Position numbers and translations under genes: made by a program. Of a DNA stretch of 64,000 nucleotides, positions 19,636 through 29,501 are shown piece by piece (position 1 is the first letter of the stretch; every line of letters begins with the position of its first letter). The notes under the pieces were generated by a model. It was not told the DNA's origin and ran no database searches. It saw only the letters and a list, made by a program, of their open reading frames with translations. Source of the DNA: Candidatus Hydrogenedentota bacterium (GTDB taxonomy: Bacteria > Hydrogenedentota > Hydrogenedentia > Hydrogenedentales > SLHB01); the NCBI GenBank assembly GCA_963745075.1, contig CAVUWV010000012.1:1-64000 (forward strand), in the 5' to 3' direction.

Positions 19636-20051
19636 TTCCCGAACGCGTGAAGTTTCACCATCTCGGCCTCGCCACTACCGACCCGGTGCGCGCTTGCAGT
19701 TTCTTGTCAAGCCTCGGCTACACCGTTGGCGAAACGGTACTGGACGAGATTCAGAATGTCCGGGTGGTGATGTGCACACAGGCCCATGCTCCCGATGTGG
19801 AGGTCATTTCCCCGGCCGTTACACCGGGGCCGTTGGACGGTATCCTTACGCAGAACCGGCAGCTTATTTATCACATCTGCTATGCGACCCCAAGCATTCC
19901 GGCGGCGCTTGATGCGCTTGCCGAGAAGAAAGTACGGCCCACCTGTGTCTCGGAGCCGAAGCCGGCGGTGATGTTCGGTAATCGCCGCGTGTCTTTCTAC
20001 ATGATCCGCGGATTCGGCCTGATTGAATTCCTGGAGACGGAGCTCGAATAG
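19632..20051 (+). CDS. VOC family protein (methylmalonyl-CoA epimerase/glyoxalase-like)
   Basis: FHHLG, VEVI, YHICY and IEFLE supply an H/E/H/E metal-ligand pattern; ATGA overlap with the methyltransferase. Confidence 0.85.
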   Translation: MIPERVKFHHLGLATTDPVRACSFLSSLGYTVGETVLDEIQNVRVVMCTQAHAPDVEVISPAVTPGPLDGILTQNRQLIYHICYATPSIPAALDALAEKKVRPTCVSEPKPAVMFGNRRVSFYMIRGFGLIEFLETELE

Positions 20052-20082
20052 CGCGGCCAGCGCTGCAACCCGGGTGAAGCCC

Positions 20083-20243
20083 TCACACCCGTTCGGGTTT
20101 GGCTTCGCGGAGCATGAGGGCGGAGACGGCGTCGCGGGGGTCGGCGTTTTCGTAGAGAACGCGGTAGACCTGTTCGGTGATGGGCATTTCCACGCGTTGC
20201 TTTTTCGCAAAGGCCACGGCGGACTTGGCGTTGCGGACGCCTT
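20083..20243 (-). pseudogene. gpsA: Orphan duplicate of the last ~52 codons plus stop of gpsA
   Basis: Gap-free alignment to 24214-24374 (25 mismatches in 161 nt by hand count). Encodes [52 protein letters not shown]. Confidence 0.9.
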
Positions 20244-20455
20244 TAATGCCAAATCCATATTCGATCATCTGGGAACTTTGGGATAGAACTGGGAATATAC
20301 TACGTGAGCGGGCGCGGAAAGATATGAGGGTTCTACGTTGTGTGCCGCTCGACGGATGAGGGGAAGTTTCCTTCGCGCCCGGTATGGCCGCACAAAGCAG
20401 CGTGATTGCGGTTGGGCGGAACACTTGGGAAGCACCCATCGTGGTAATTCAAGTA

Positions 20456-23400
20456 GTGAACAATTCTATCCGGGTCATCGCTTTACCGCTGTTCTCTCGT
20501 CACGATTGCCTCACTGACAGCCGTCACCCAAGACCCGGGGGAGACGCCAACCGAGGACATCCCCTTCCTGATCGTGCAGTTGACGAGCGCGGACCAGGAG
20601 GTCTCAACAATCGCCGTCCAGAAGCTCAATCAAGCCGGCGCGCCCGCGGTCCCGGCGATCGAAACGATCCTTCGCGAAGGCGACGATGCAGATTATTACA
20701 ATGCTCTTCAAGCGCTGGAAGGCATCGGCGATGCGTCGGTGCCGGCCCTGATACGGGCACTGAACGAGCCGGAGGAGAACCGGCGGCACCGTGTCTTTTC
20801 CGCACTCGCGAGGGTCGCGTTGCCCGACCCGGAACCCGTCATAGAAGCGCTCCGGAGTGGTGACGAGCGCGTTGCCGCCGGCGCTGCTGCGGTCCTCGGG
20901 AGCATGGGAAGAGAAGTGCCGTCTGCACTCGAACCGCTGCTACGGTGTTTGGAACACGACGAACGCGCGAACGTGCGCGCCGAAGTCGTACGCGCGCTGT
21001 ATCCGGTGGCGGGCAAGGCGGATCCGATCCTCCCGGCCCTCTTCGAGACGTTGCTGCACGATCCTGATTTCATCGTGCGAGGTGCCGCAGCAGAGACGCT
21101 GGGGAGGCTTCAACGTCCATCGGAACGTATCTATGCACCTTTACTTGAAGCCATCCAACAGGAAGACAAAGATGCGGTGCGCATTCGAATCATGTGGGCC
21201 TTTACCCGGCACTTCGCATGCCCCGCAAGCATCGCGCATTCCCTGTTCGAAACGTTTCGGACCAATCCTGAACTGCGCAGCGACTACAACGCGTACTTCA
21301 ACTTGTCTGCTCTGGCTGTGATGGCCATGAAGAACGAGACGTGTCTTGATGAGTACATTGCCCTTCTCCACGACGAACGGTCCGAGTTGCGGGCGTCGGC
21401 GTTGCGTGGGTTGAATGGGTATCGCGAGTCCGGCACCGATCTGGTTCGATTTACCGCTCCGTGTATGAATGCCCTCGATGACCCTAGTCCGGAGGTTCGC
21501 GCTGCGGCGGCGCTTCTACTGCCTCGTCTCACTCCGGAACCGAGCCCTACGCGGGACCTGCTGGAGGATCGTCTCAACGACGAGGACTTCGCCGTGCGCG
21601 CAGCCGCCGCACAATCCCTCGCAAACCTCGGGTGGGGATCGCCGAAGTTGGACCCCGTCATTCGGGAATTGGCGGCATCCGCTGAGCCCGAAACGCGCTT
21701 TGACGCCGTGAGAATGTTGGAGGGCGCCGGCACGGATCTCAATAGGTACACTTGGTTGTTGCTGGAAGCCATGAGCGATTCTTCGCCACAGGTTCGCCAG
21801 GCTGCCGCAAGGGTTATTGGACTTACGGAGTACCGCCATGACGACTTGCTTGTACCGCTGACTCGGCTAGCGTTCGACGAAGACCAGAACGTGCGGAGTA
21901 CCGCGGTCTGGGCGCTAGGTGTAATGGCGCCGGATTCGCCGGAAGCCAAGAACGCGGTCCTTCAGTGTCTCACGGAGACGGATCGGGGCCTTCGCAGCCG
22001 AGGATTTTCGACGCTGGAGGACGTGCAGATTACCGTCGATGAGGTCGCTCCGTTGTTGGCACGGATGGTCACGAATGGGAATCCGGAATCGCTCTCCATT
22101 GCGGCATCGGTTTTGCGGAAATTGAGGGCGATTTAACGCCGGTAAGTGATATCTTTGGTAATTTAATTGCCACGGGCGACAGTGCGGTTCGCAGTGTCGT
22201 TCTGTCTACGCTAGCGGAGCATCCGGAAGTCACAACCGGCCTCTTGCCCCAGGTGATCGCGCTGCTGGAGTCGTCGGACATGGGCGTGCGCAAATCCGCC
22301 ATGCGTGCTTTGGGAAACTTGGGCGAACGCGCCGCGCCTGCAGTGCCCCAGCTAATAGCCGCCATAGACAACGAATGGACCCGTTACGCGGCGGTCGAAG
22401 CGATTGCGGGCATAGGCCCTGCCGCGAAAGAGGCCATTCCCCGGCTTATCGCGCTTCTGCGGGGCGAACGGAGTCCTGCGCCGAACCCGTGCAAGGCGCT
22501 CGCTTACATCGGGCTCGCTGCCGTTCCCGCTCTTCTCGACGAGTTGCACACCGGCGATGCTGTAACAACGCATAACGTCTACCAGACCATCGGATTGATG
22601 AACGAGGAATGTCTTCCTGCCTTGACAGCGGCTCTGAAGACCCAAGATGTGAACAACAAGGTCGCCATACTCGAGGGTCTACGATACATGGGCCAACGGG
22701 CCGCGCCCGCGATTCCCGATGTGGCTGCATGCCTCGGCGATTCGCGGCTTTCCGTTCGCATAAACGCTATCTACACCCTAGCAAACATGGGACCGGCCTC
22801 CGCGTCCGCGATACCTGAACTCCTACCTGCATTGGACGATCCGGAAACGGCGTCTACCGCCACGTACGCCCTCGCCCGTATGGGGGAAACGGCTCGCCCT
22901 ATACTTGCTGCGGAGATGGAAGCGGGCAAGGTATATGCGGCGACGAGTCTTGCTGTGATGGGTACCCCCGCGGTACCTGCACTGATTGACGCATTGGACC
23001 TGCCCTACCTGGAGGTGCGCGAGGCAGCAATCAAATCGCTGATCGAGATAGGGATCGAAGGGGTACCGGGACTGTTGCCGGCATTGTCCGACGACCCGGA
23101 CAACGTACGTGCCGGTGTCGCGCAGGTTCTTGCGACCCTCGTGCCGGACAGCGAGGATGCAGTGACTTCGCTGACCGCAGCGCTCAACGATACGAACCCG
23201 GACGTGGTCCGATTCGCGGCGCAAGCCTTAGGCGAGTTGGGCCACGCTTCGCAGAACTTGATCGAGACGCTTACCAAGCTCGCCGAAACGAGCGAGAACG
23301 CTTCCGTTCGGCGCGCCGCCAAGGACGCACTCAACACCATACGCCCCAAACCGCTCGACTACGGTTTCGAACTTGTTAAGAGCCAGATCCCCAGTGCTCA

Positions 23401-24178
23401 TCCCGCGTATCGCCATTTCGAGTTCACCCTTCGGTATCCAGAAACCGGAGACAGTTTCTTTCTCGCCAGGCTGTGTATGGAGCGCGACCAGGATAACCCT
23501 CTTGCGTCGGTAAGTGGTCTTGACGAGGAAAGTCTCAGGCTCACGTGGGCGCAGGAGAACCGGCTGCTTCAGGTCCAATGGGAGACTATCCCGCAAGGGA
23601 ACGGACTGTATGTTTGTCTGTCGACGCTGTTGCTGTTACGGACTAATGCGGGGTGGCATGAACTGTTTCGAGACACGATCAGCCAATCAACCGTTCAATC
23701 GCGCTCTGATTCCAGCGCACAAACAACCCTCGCATTCAGGTCCACGGCCAACCCGAAGCAGGTGATCCTTCACGTCAATAGCGAGTCGTATCAAACGTGG
23801 ACGGGAGACGGGACCTATCCGCTCGCGTCCGCACAGAAGAACCGGCAATCTGGTGAGGTTTGGTACACGCGCAGACTCAACATACATCGCGAGTACCCGT
23901 GCACAATCGAAGGAAATGGGCTTCAGATTCATCCGGGTGTGGTCAAGTTGCTCCTGGGAAACGCAACATTTCCCGTACGCGAGGTGGTTGAGTATTTCCC
24001 TAAACACGAGATGGATCTTGAAGACCGAATCGAACAGGTTCAAGACATGAATCCGCAACTGGACAATTCCGGCAATTGCACCGGGGAAATCATCGTGGAC
24101 ATCGACATCCCGCCGTATGTTCCGTTCTCCGAACACGTGTATAGCGGAAGTGACACAGCGAGTTGTCCGTGCGCATGA
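20456..24178 (+). CDS. Large HEAT/PBS-lyase repeat protein with an unrelated C-terminal domain; probable frameshifts near 20495 and 22113 (ORFs 20574-22136 and 22244-24178)
   Basis: Many VRxxAAxALG repeats. The frame of the second ORF is open and HEAT-like upstream of 22244 (AEIEGDLTPVSDIFGNLIATGDSAVRSVV). Removing one base joins GTG 20456 (MNNSIRVIALPLF) to LVTIASLTA, giving a signal-like N-terminus; this start is inferred. Confidence 0.72.
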
Positions 24179-24213
24179 TGCTCGGCGGCGAAAAACCGAG
24201 GGGCTGATGCCGC

Positions 24214-25197
24214 TCACGTCCGTTCCGGTTTCGCTTCCCGCAACATGAGGGCGGAGACGGCTTCCTTCGGATTCGCGTTTTCGTAGAGGACGCGATAGAC
24301 CTGTTCGGTGATGGGCATTTCGACGCGATGCTTTTTCGTGAGGGCCATGGCGGATTTGGCGGTGCGGACGCCTTCGGCGACCATGGGGGATGACGCGAGT
24401 ATGTCGTCGAGGGTCATGCCGCGGGCGATTTTTTCGCCGACGTTTCGATTGCGGGAGTGGGTGCTTTCGCAGGTGACGATGAGGTCGCCCATGCCGCTGA
24501 GCCCGGCGAAGGTCAGGGGGTCGGCGCCCATGGCGACGCCGAGGCGGGCCATTTCCGCGAGACCACGGGTGATGAGCGCGGCCTTGGCATTATCCCCCAG
24601 CCCAAAACCGTCGCACGCGCCTGCGGCAATAGCGATGACGTTCTTGAGTGCGCCGCCGAGTTCCACGCCGACAATGTCGTGACTCGTGTACACGCGAAAC
24701 GATTCGGCCAGGCAAGCGTTCTGTACCCGTTCGCAGGCTTTTGCGTCCGCTCCGGCAACGACCACGGAAGCGGGAAGGTCGCGGGCGACTTCTTCGGCGT
24801 GGCTGGGACCGGAGAGGGCCAGCACGGGACCGGGCCCGCAGGCTTCCGCGATCACCTCGTGCATGCATTTGAGCGTTTCGTTTTCGATGCCCTTGGCGAC
24901 GCTGACGCGGATCGTCTCCGGCGCGAAGGTGAATTGACCGGCGACGGCGCGCATAGCGTGTGACGGCACGGCGAGAATAACGATTTCGGCGCCGGTATCA
25001 ACGTCCGTCGAAACGTCCACCGTATCCGGAAGTAGCATGTCGCGAAGAAAGAAGGGGCTTCGCCGCATTTTGCGCAATTCTTCCGGATTGTCTTCGGCGC
25101 GGCACCAGAGCCGAACGGTGTGTCCGTTTTGCGCCAGGAGGCGGCTCAACGCCAGGCCCCAACTTCCCGCTCCGATCACTTGGATTTTCGTAGGCAA
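24214..25197 (-). CDS. gpsA: NAD(P)H-dependent glycerol-3-phosphate dehydrogenase
   Basis: VIGAGSWG, AKGIE, LSGPSHAEEV, GGALKNVIAIAAG, GLSGMGDLIVTC, SRN, AEGV. TTG start at 25197 with GGAG upstream. Confidence 0.95.
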   Translation of the reverse strand: MPTKIQVIGAGSWGLALSRLLAQNGHTVRLWCRAEDNPEELRKMRRSPFFLRDMLLPDTVDVSTDVDTGAEIVILAVPSHAMRAVAGQFTFAPETIRVSVAKGIENETLKCMHEVIAEACGPGPVLALSGPSHAEEVARDLPASVVVAGADAKACERVQNACLAESFRVYTSHDIVGVELGGALKNVIAIAAGACDGFGLGDNAKAALITRGLAEMARLGVAMGADPLTFAGLSGMGDLIVTCESTHSRNRNVGEKIARGMTLDDILASSPMVAEGVRTAKSAMALTKKHRVEMPITEQVYRVLYENANPKEAVSALMLREAKPERT

Positions 25198-25390
25198 TGG
25201 ATCTGAATACTCCGTCTGGTTCGTTTTAGAAGTGAAGGATACGGCGATTGCATTTGGGGTGGAACGCAATTCCCCTCCTGTGAAACGCTTCGCCATGAGC
25301 GGCGATGCCGAGGACGCATATCGCGCCCTCGGCATCGACCACAAGAATCTGCAATCACGCAAACACCTAACGGTGTATCAGCTACCGTCC

Positions 25391-27598
25391 TCAGGCGACT
25401 TCGGCGGACTTGTTCGCCAGTCCCGTCGAGACAATCTCGCGCGCGCGGTCGCCGAGTTCGTGCATTTGCGAAATCTTCGGTTCCAGGCGCGCGATGATGG
25501 CTTCCTGTTCCTTCTTGATGGTCTCTTCTTCCGCGAGGATCACGCTGATTTGCTCGTTCAGTCCTGCCGTGGCTTTGTCGAAGGCGGTCTGAAGCGCGAG
25601 GCGGAAGGTGCCGCGGCGGTTGTCGAGGGCCTGCGTAACCTGTTCTTTGGTGGCTTTTTGCAGGACTTCTTCGACGCGCTCGCCGATGCGCCGGTTCAGC
25701 TTGCTCTTGCGCGCTTCGGTGCTGCCCACGGAACGGGCGAGCAGTCCGAGAATGAGACCAATCAAAGCGCCCACGGCGCCGCCGGCGCCGATGAAGTTCT
25801 GGAGAGTTGCGGAGACGTCGGGCAGATTCTGCGCCACGAAGTCCACAATCGGCGGGCTTTGCAGCGCGGCGTATCCGAGACCCGCGCCGGCCGCCGCGCC
25901 GAGGAGCAGACCGACGAATCCGAAGGTGGCGTAGGAACCGCCCAGGCTGGCGTCTACGGCCACGATGCTGGCTCGCGTCGCTTCCACGGAGCCGCGGCCG
26001 ACGATGCCGGAGGTGTCCGGCACGATTTGGGATGCGCGGGCGCGGGACCGGCCTTCGACCTCGTCGACTTCTGCATTCACCTTTTCCTGAAGCGAGGCGA
26101 TGTACGTGTCGATCTTGCCTTCGAGTTCTTTCGTGAGCGGCTGAAAATCCTGACGCTTGGCGTTCTTCATGTTGTCGCCGGCATTCAACCAATCCCGCAG
26201 CGGCTTCATCACTTCGCGCTCGATGGCGTCTTTGCTCATATGTTTTTCGACGATGGTTTTGTAGCCGGGATAGTCCGTGCCGCCGAGGTTGCCGCCGTTC
26301 GACATGGTATCGAACTCATCCAATACACGCTGCCCCTGCGCTTTGTAGCGCTGCAACGTGAGCGACAATTGCTCGCGCTGGCGTCGGAGGTCGTCCAATC
26401 GGGGAACGTTGCGCGTGAGTTCGAGCTTCGTTTCGAGAGGGCGCGCGTACCGGTACGCGGTGGCATCCACGAAGCTGCAGATGGATTCCACCAAAGCGCC
26501 TTCGCGGTTCTCCGTGTAGAGATAGTTCATCAGACGCTCTTTGAGCGCGTTGAAATTGCTTCGATCCATGAGATAGCCGGCGGCTTCCTTGCCGGGGTCG
26601 TCCGACTCATCGATCTGACGCCGGATCTGATAGGGAATGCGAATTTTGGCGTTCTTGTCCACCTCTTCGATGGCGAGATGTTCCTGGTCGAGGTGGGTCG
26701 ACACCAAGGCATACAAGCTGGAGATGAAGAAGATCTCGGGATTTTGCACCACGCCGGTCAGACTGCGGATGAGGTCTTTGGCCGGGCCACGCCGTCCCAT
26801 GGGATCGATTTCGTGGGGGCTGAGTTGGTCCGATTTGTTCAGTACGAAGAATACTTTGCGGTGCTTGTGTTTGACGATGCTTTCGATGAAGGCGCGGTTT
26901 TGTTCGTTGCCGGCGTTTTGGCTGTCCAACAGACAAATTACGAGATGGCAGTTGGGGATGATGTCCTGGGTGATACGGGTACTCGTGTCGGAAATCGTAT
27001 GTGCGCCGGGGGAATCGACCAGGGCGATGTCTTCCGCGATGGCTTTGTTGGGAAGTTGCACGATGAGTTCGTCGAATTTGGAGCGCAAGGAATCCAACTG
27101 CGGAAACTCGTCGGTTGCGTTCATGGTGACGAGCGCCCGGAGGGTATTGAGAAGTGCGCGCGGATTGCATTCGGGATAGTCCAAGGCGATCTCGTCGTGC
27201 TCGTCGCTCTTCGAGACCTCGGCGCCGATACCGAAAGCGAGGACGAGATCGCGGAATCCCTGGACTTCTTCGTCGGTGCACGGCGTATGCAGACGGAGAA
27301 TCGTCCGCATGGTGTCGCCGCGCATGACGTGAGTAATTTTCGTCGTGCACTCTTCCAGGACGGTTGGCAGATACTCATCGCCGAGCAGGGCATTAATCAT
27401 GGTGGACTTGCCCACATTGAAGGCGCCGAGAAAGACGACCCGGTATTTGCCGTCACGGAGTTCGTTCCGTTTGCCCTCGAGACTGGAGTGTTCGTGCTCG
27501 GCGATCCCTTCGAAATCCGGATCGTCGATGAACTGCTGAAGTTCGTCAAGAGCCTGGAACGCCCAAGCCCGTCGTTCGGCATGCTGCTCGATGCTCAT
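25391..27598 (-). CDS. Bacterial dynamin-like GTPase
   Basis: G1 GAFNVGKS, G2 ECTT, G3 DSPG, G4 NKSD; long helical stalk with two Gly-rich hydrophobic helices. Confidence 0.85.
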   Translation of the reverse strand: MSIEQHAERRAWAFQALDELQQFIDDPDFEGIAEHEHSSLEGKRNELRDGKYRVVFLGAFNVGKSTMINALLGDEYLPTVLEECTTKITHVMRGDTMRTILRLHTPCTDEEVQGFRDLVLAFGIGAEVSKSDEHDEIALDYPECNPRALLNTLRALVTMNATDEFPQLDSLRSKFDELIVQLPNKAIAEDIALVDSPGAHTISDTSTRITQDIIPNCHLVICLLDSQNAGNEQNRAFIESIVKHKHRKVFFVLNKSDQLSPHEIDPMGRRGPAKDLIRSLTGVVQNPEIFFISSLYALVSTHLDQEHLAIEEVDKNAKIRIPYQIRRQIDESDDPGKEAAGYLMDRSNFNALKERLMNYLYTENREGALVESICSFVDATAYRYARPLETKLELTRNVPRLDDLRRQREQLSLTLQRYKAQGQRVLDEFDTMSNGGNLGGTDYPGYKTIVEKHMSKDAIEREVMKPLRDWLNAGDNMKNAKRQDFQPLTKELEGKIDTYIASLQEKVNAEVDEVEGRSRARASQIVPDTSGIVGRGSVEATRASIVAVDASLGGSYATFGFVGLLLGAAAGAGLGYAALQSPPIVDFVAQNLPDVSATLQNFIGAGGAVGALIGLILGLLARSVGSTEARKSKLNRRIGERVEEVLQKATKEQVTQALDNRRGTFRLALQTAFDKATAGLNEQISVILAEEETIKKEQEAIIARLEPKISQMHELGDRAREIVSTGLANKSAEVA

Positions 27599-28070
27599 AA
27601 AGATAGTTCCCCTAATCCTTGCGTTCGCGCGATAGCGTACTGATCCTGATGGATTCGGCTCCGATTTTGCAAGCTAAAATATGATCGTCGGCGCTTCATT
27701 CTTGACTTTTACCGTCATGGTGTGTTCCAAGTTGGACGGGATGCGGGGCTTACGCGAAATGGAGGACGCGGTGGGCCTCCAATTGAATACGGTGAGACAG
27801 CGGAGTAAACTTACGGGCGTTGTGCGGGGGTGGCGAGTTCCGTTTTCCTGGCGGCCGTCGAGTCCCGTTGCACGTTTGGGGTATATGGAACTGTAGGGGC
27901 GGGAGTTTGCCGCGGAAACCCTTCCTTGCCGTCTGAACGCGAGGGCGATCGGGCGCCGAAGCGCGGTCTCGGGTGACACGAAACGGAGTCGCAGGGTGCT
28001 TGCGCTATGGGCAGTGATCCACACGAGTCGTGTGACGTGTGTCGCGTTGGAGTCGGAAGCCGAGGTGAAA

Positions 28071-28523
28071 ATGAGTCTGTTTGGCCTTTCGATAGATCCG
28101 CAGGCCGTCTGTATCTTCGAGTCGGCGGTGTCCAAACATGAGGCGTTGGATCGCCTGGTCGATGCCATTACGTCGACCGGAACCGTAGACGATTCCGAAG
28201 CGTTTCGGCGCGCGGTTCGCGAGCGGGAAGCCGTCATGAGTACGGGAATCGGATCGGGCGTTGCGATACCGCACGTGCGCATCGACGCGATCCGGAAAGC
28301 GTCGGTGGGCGTGGGGATATCGAAGGAGGGCATCGATTTCAACACGCTGGACAACAAGCCGGTGCATATCGTGGTATTGTTTGCAATGCCGTCGGGATCG
28401 CAGAAAGAGTATCTTGGGTTGCTGGCGCAGGTCATGACCACGATGAAGGCGCCGGGGTTCCGGGAAAAGCTGGGGGCGTGCGAAACCCCGGATGAAGTCG
28501 CCGACTTGCTGAATACGCCGTAG
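28071..28523 (+). CDS. PTS EIIA (fructose/mannitol/Ntr family) protein
   Basis: REAVMSTGIGSGVAIPH and GIDFNTLDNKPV; GAGG upstream of ATG 28071. Confidence 0.9.
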   Translation: MSLFGLSIDPQAVCIFESAVSKHEALDRLVDAITSTGTVDDSEAFRRAVREREAVMSTGIGSGVAIPHVRIDAIRKASVGVGISKEGIDFNTLDNKPVHIVVLFAMPSGSQKEYLGLLAQVMTTMKAPGFREKLGACETPDEVADLLNTP

Positions 28524-28594
28524 TCAAGCACCGTTTTCCACCGGACGCCGCTAGGTGAAACGGCCGGGCACCATGTCCGGATAAGGGGGCTGGC

Positions 28595-29500
28595 GTGAAG
28601 CTATCCAGCGTGCTGTTGCCCAACCATATCGTGGTGGGGCTGCGCGCCCGCACCATCTACGATGCCATTCCAGAGATTGTCCAGCGCGTCGACGACATTC
28701 GATTTGAATTGCCCCGCCCGCGCATTGTCGATGCCATACGTAAGCGGGAAGACACGGTTTCGACCGTTCTGGCGGCGGGGGTCGCCGTTCCGCACGCCCG
28801 CATTCCCGAATTGCGGGATTTCTACGTCATGCTCGGCACGGCGACGACGCCACTGGAAGACGTGGGGAAAGATGGGCGTTCTATCGATCTGGTTTTTCTT
28901 ATCCTCTGTAACGATCGAAAGCATTCCTTGATGCTTCAAACACTCGCCGGGATTGGAACCGTCGCTCACGACGGCGCGTTGCTGGAACGAATTCGTGCGG
29001 CACGGACCCGGAACGAGGTGTGGCGCTGCATCGACGCAGGCGGCCCTGCCATCCGACGGGGCCTATACGCCCGCGACATCATGCGGCCGGTTCCGATTTC
29101 GTTCCGCGGGGATGATGTATTGCGCGATTTCCTGGACGCGTGCGCGTCTACGGGTGCGTTCTATGCGCCGGTTTGTGACGATACGGGAAAGGTGATTGGC
29201 AGTATCACGTCACTCGAGATCGTCGATGCGGGATTTCCGCCGTATATGACCACCCTGCGCAGCATCTCGTTCTTAAACCCATTCGAGCCGTTTCAAGAGA
29301 TCTTCGGTCACGAAGCGACCACGCGCCTCGATGAAATCATGAACCCGAAACCGCTCGTAGTCGATGTGAATGATCCCTTGATTCAAGTGGTCTTTCGTAT
29401 GCGCCAGCGCCAGGAGCGACTCGCCTTTGTCGAGGAGGGCGGCACGTGCGTTGGCGTTATCGACCGCGACGATATCTGCGAGCGCGTGCTGCGAGCCTGA
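28595..29500 (+). CDS. PTS EIIA domain fused to a tandem CBS pair
   Basis: REDTVSTVLAAGVAVPHAR; then CBS motifs ARDIM...PVCDDTGKVIGSIT and EIMNP...VGVIDRDDI. Confidence 0.85.
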   Translation: MKLSSVLLPNHIVVGLRARTIYDAIPEIVQRVDDIRFELPRPRIVDAIRKREDTVSTVLAAGVAVPHARIPELRDFYVMLGTATTPLEDVGKDGRSIDLVFLILCNDRKHSLMLQTLAGIGTVAHDGALLERIRAARTRNEVWRCIDAGGPAIRRGLYARDIMRPVPISFRGDDVLRDFLDACASTGAFYAPVCDDTGKVIGSITSLEIVDAGFPPYMTTLRSISFLNPFEPFQEIFGHEATTRLDEIMNPKPLVVDVNDPLIQVVFRMRQRQERLAFVEEGGTCVGVIDRDDICERVLRA

Positions 29501-29501
29501 G

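Noticed and set aside
14148..20051. Interpretation as a polyketide (methoxymalonyl-ACP or tetronate) biosynthetic cluster
   Set aside because: No ketosynthase, FabH-like enzyme, NRPS or FkbI/FkbK dehydrogenases; MBOAT, SGNH and DltX-like genes point to envelope acylation
20083..20439. 118-aa ORF as an intact gene
   Set aside because: Only the last ~52 codons are meaningful (gpsA duplicate); the upstream part is unrelated read-through
25037..27643. 868-aa plus-strand ORF
   Set aside because: Antisense shadow of the dynamin-like gene and the gpsA start; no motifs, typical of high-GC codon bias
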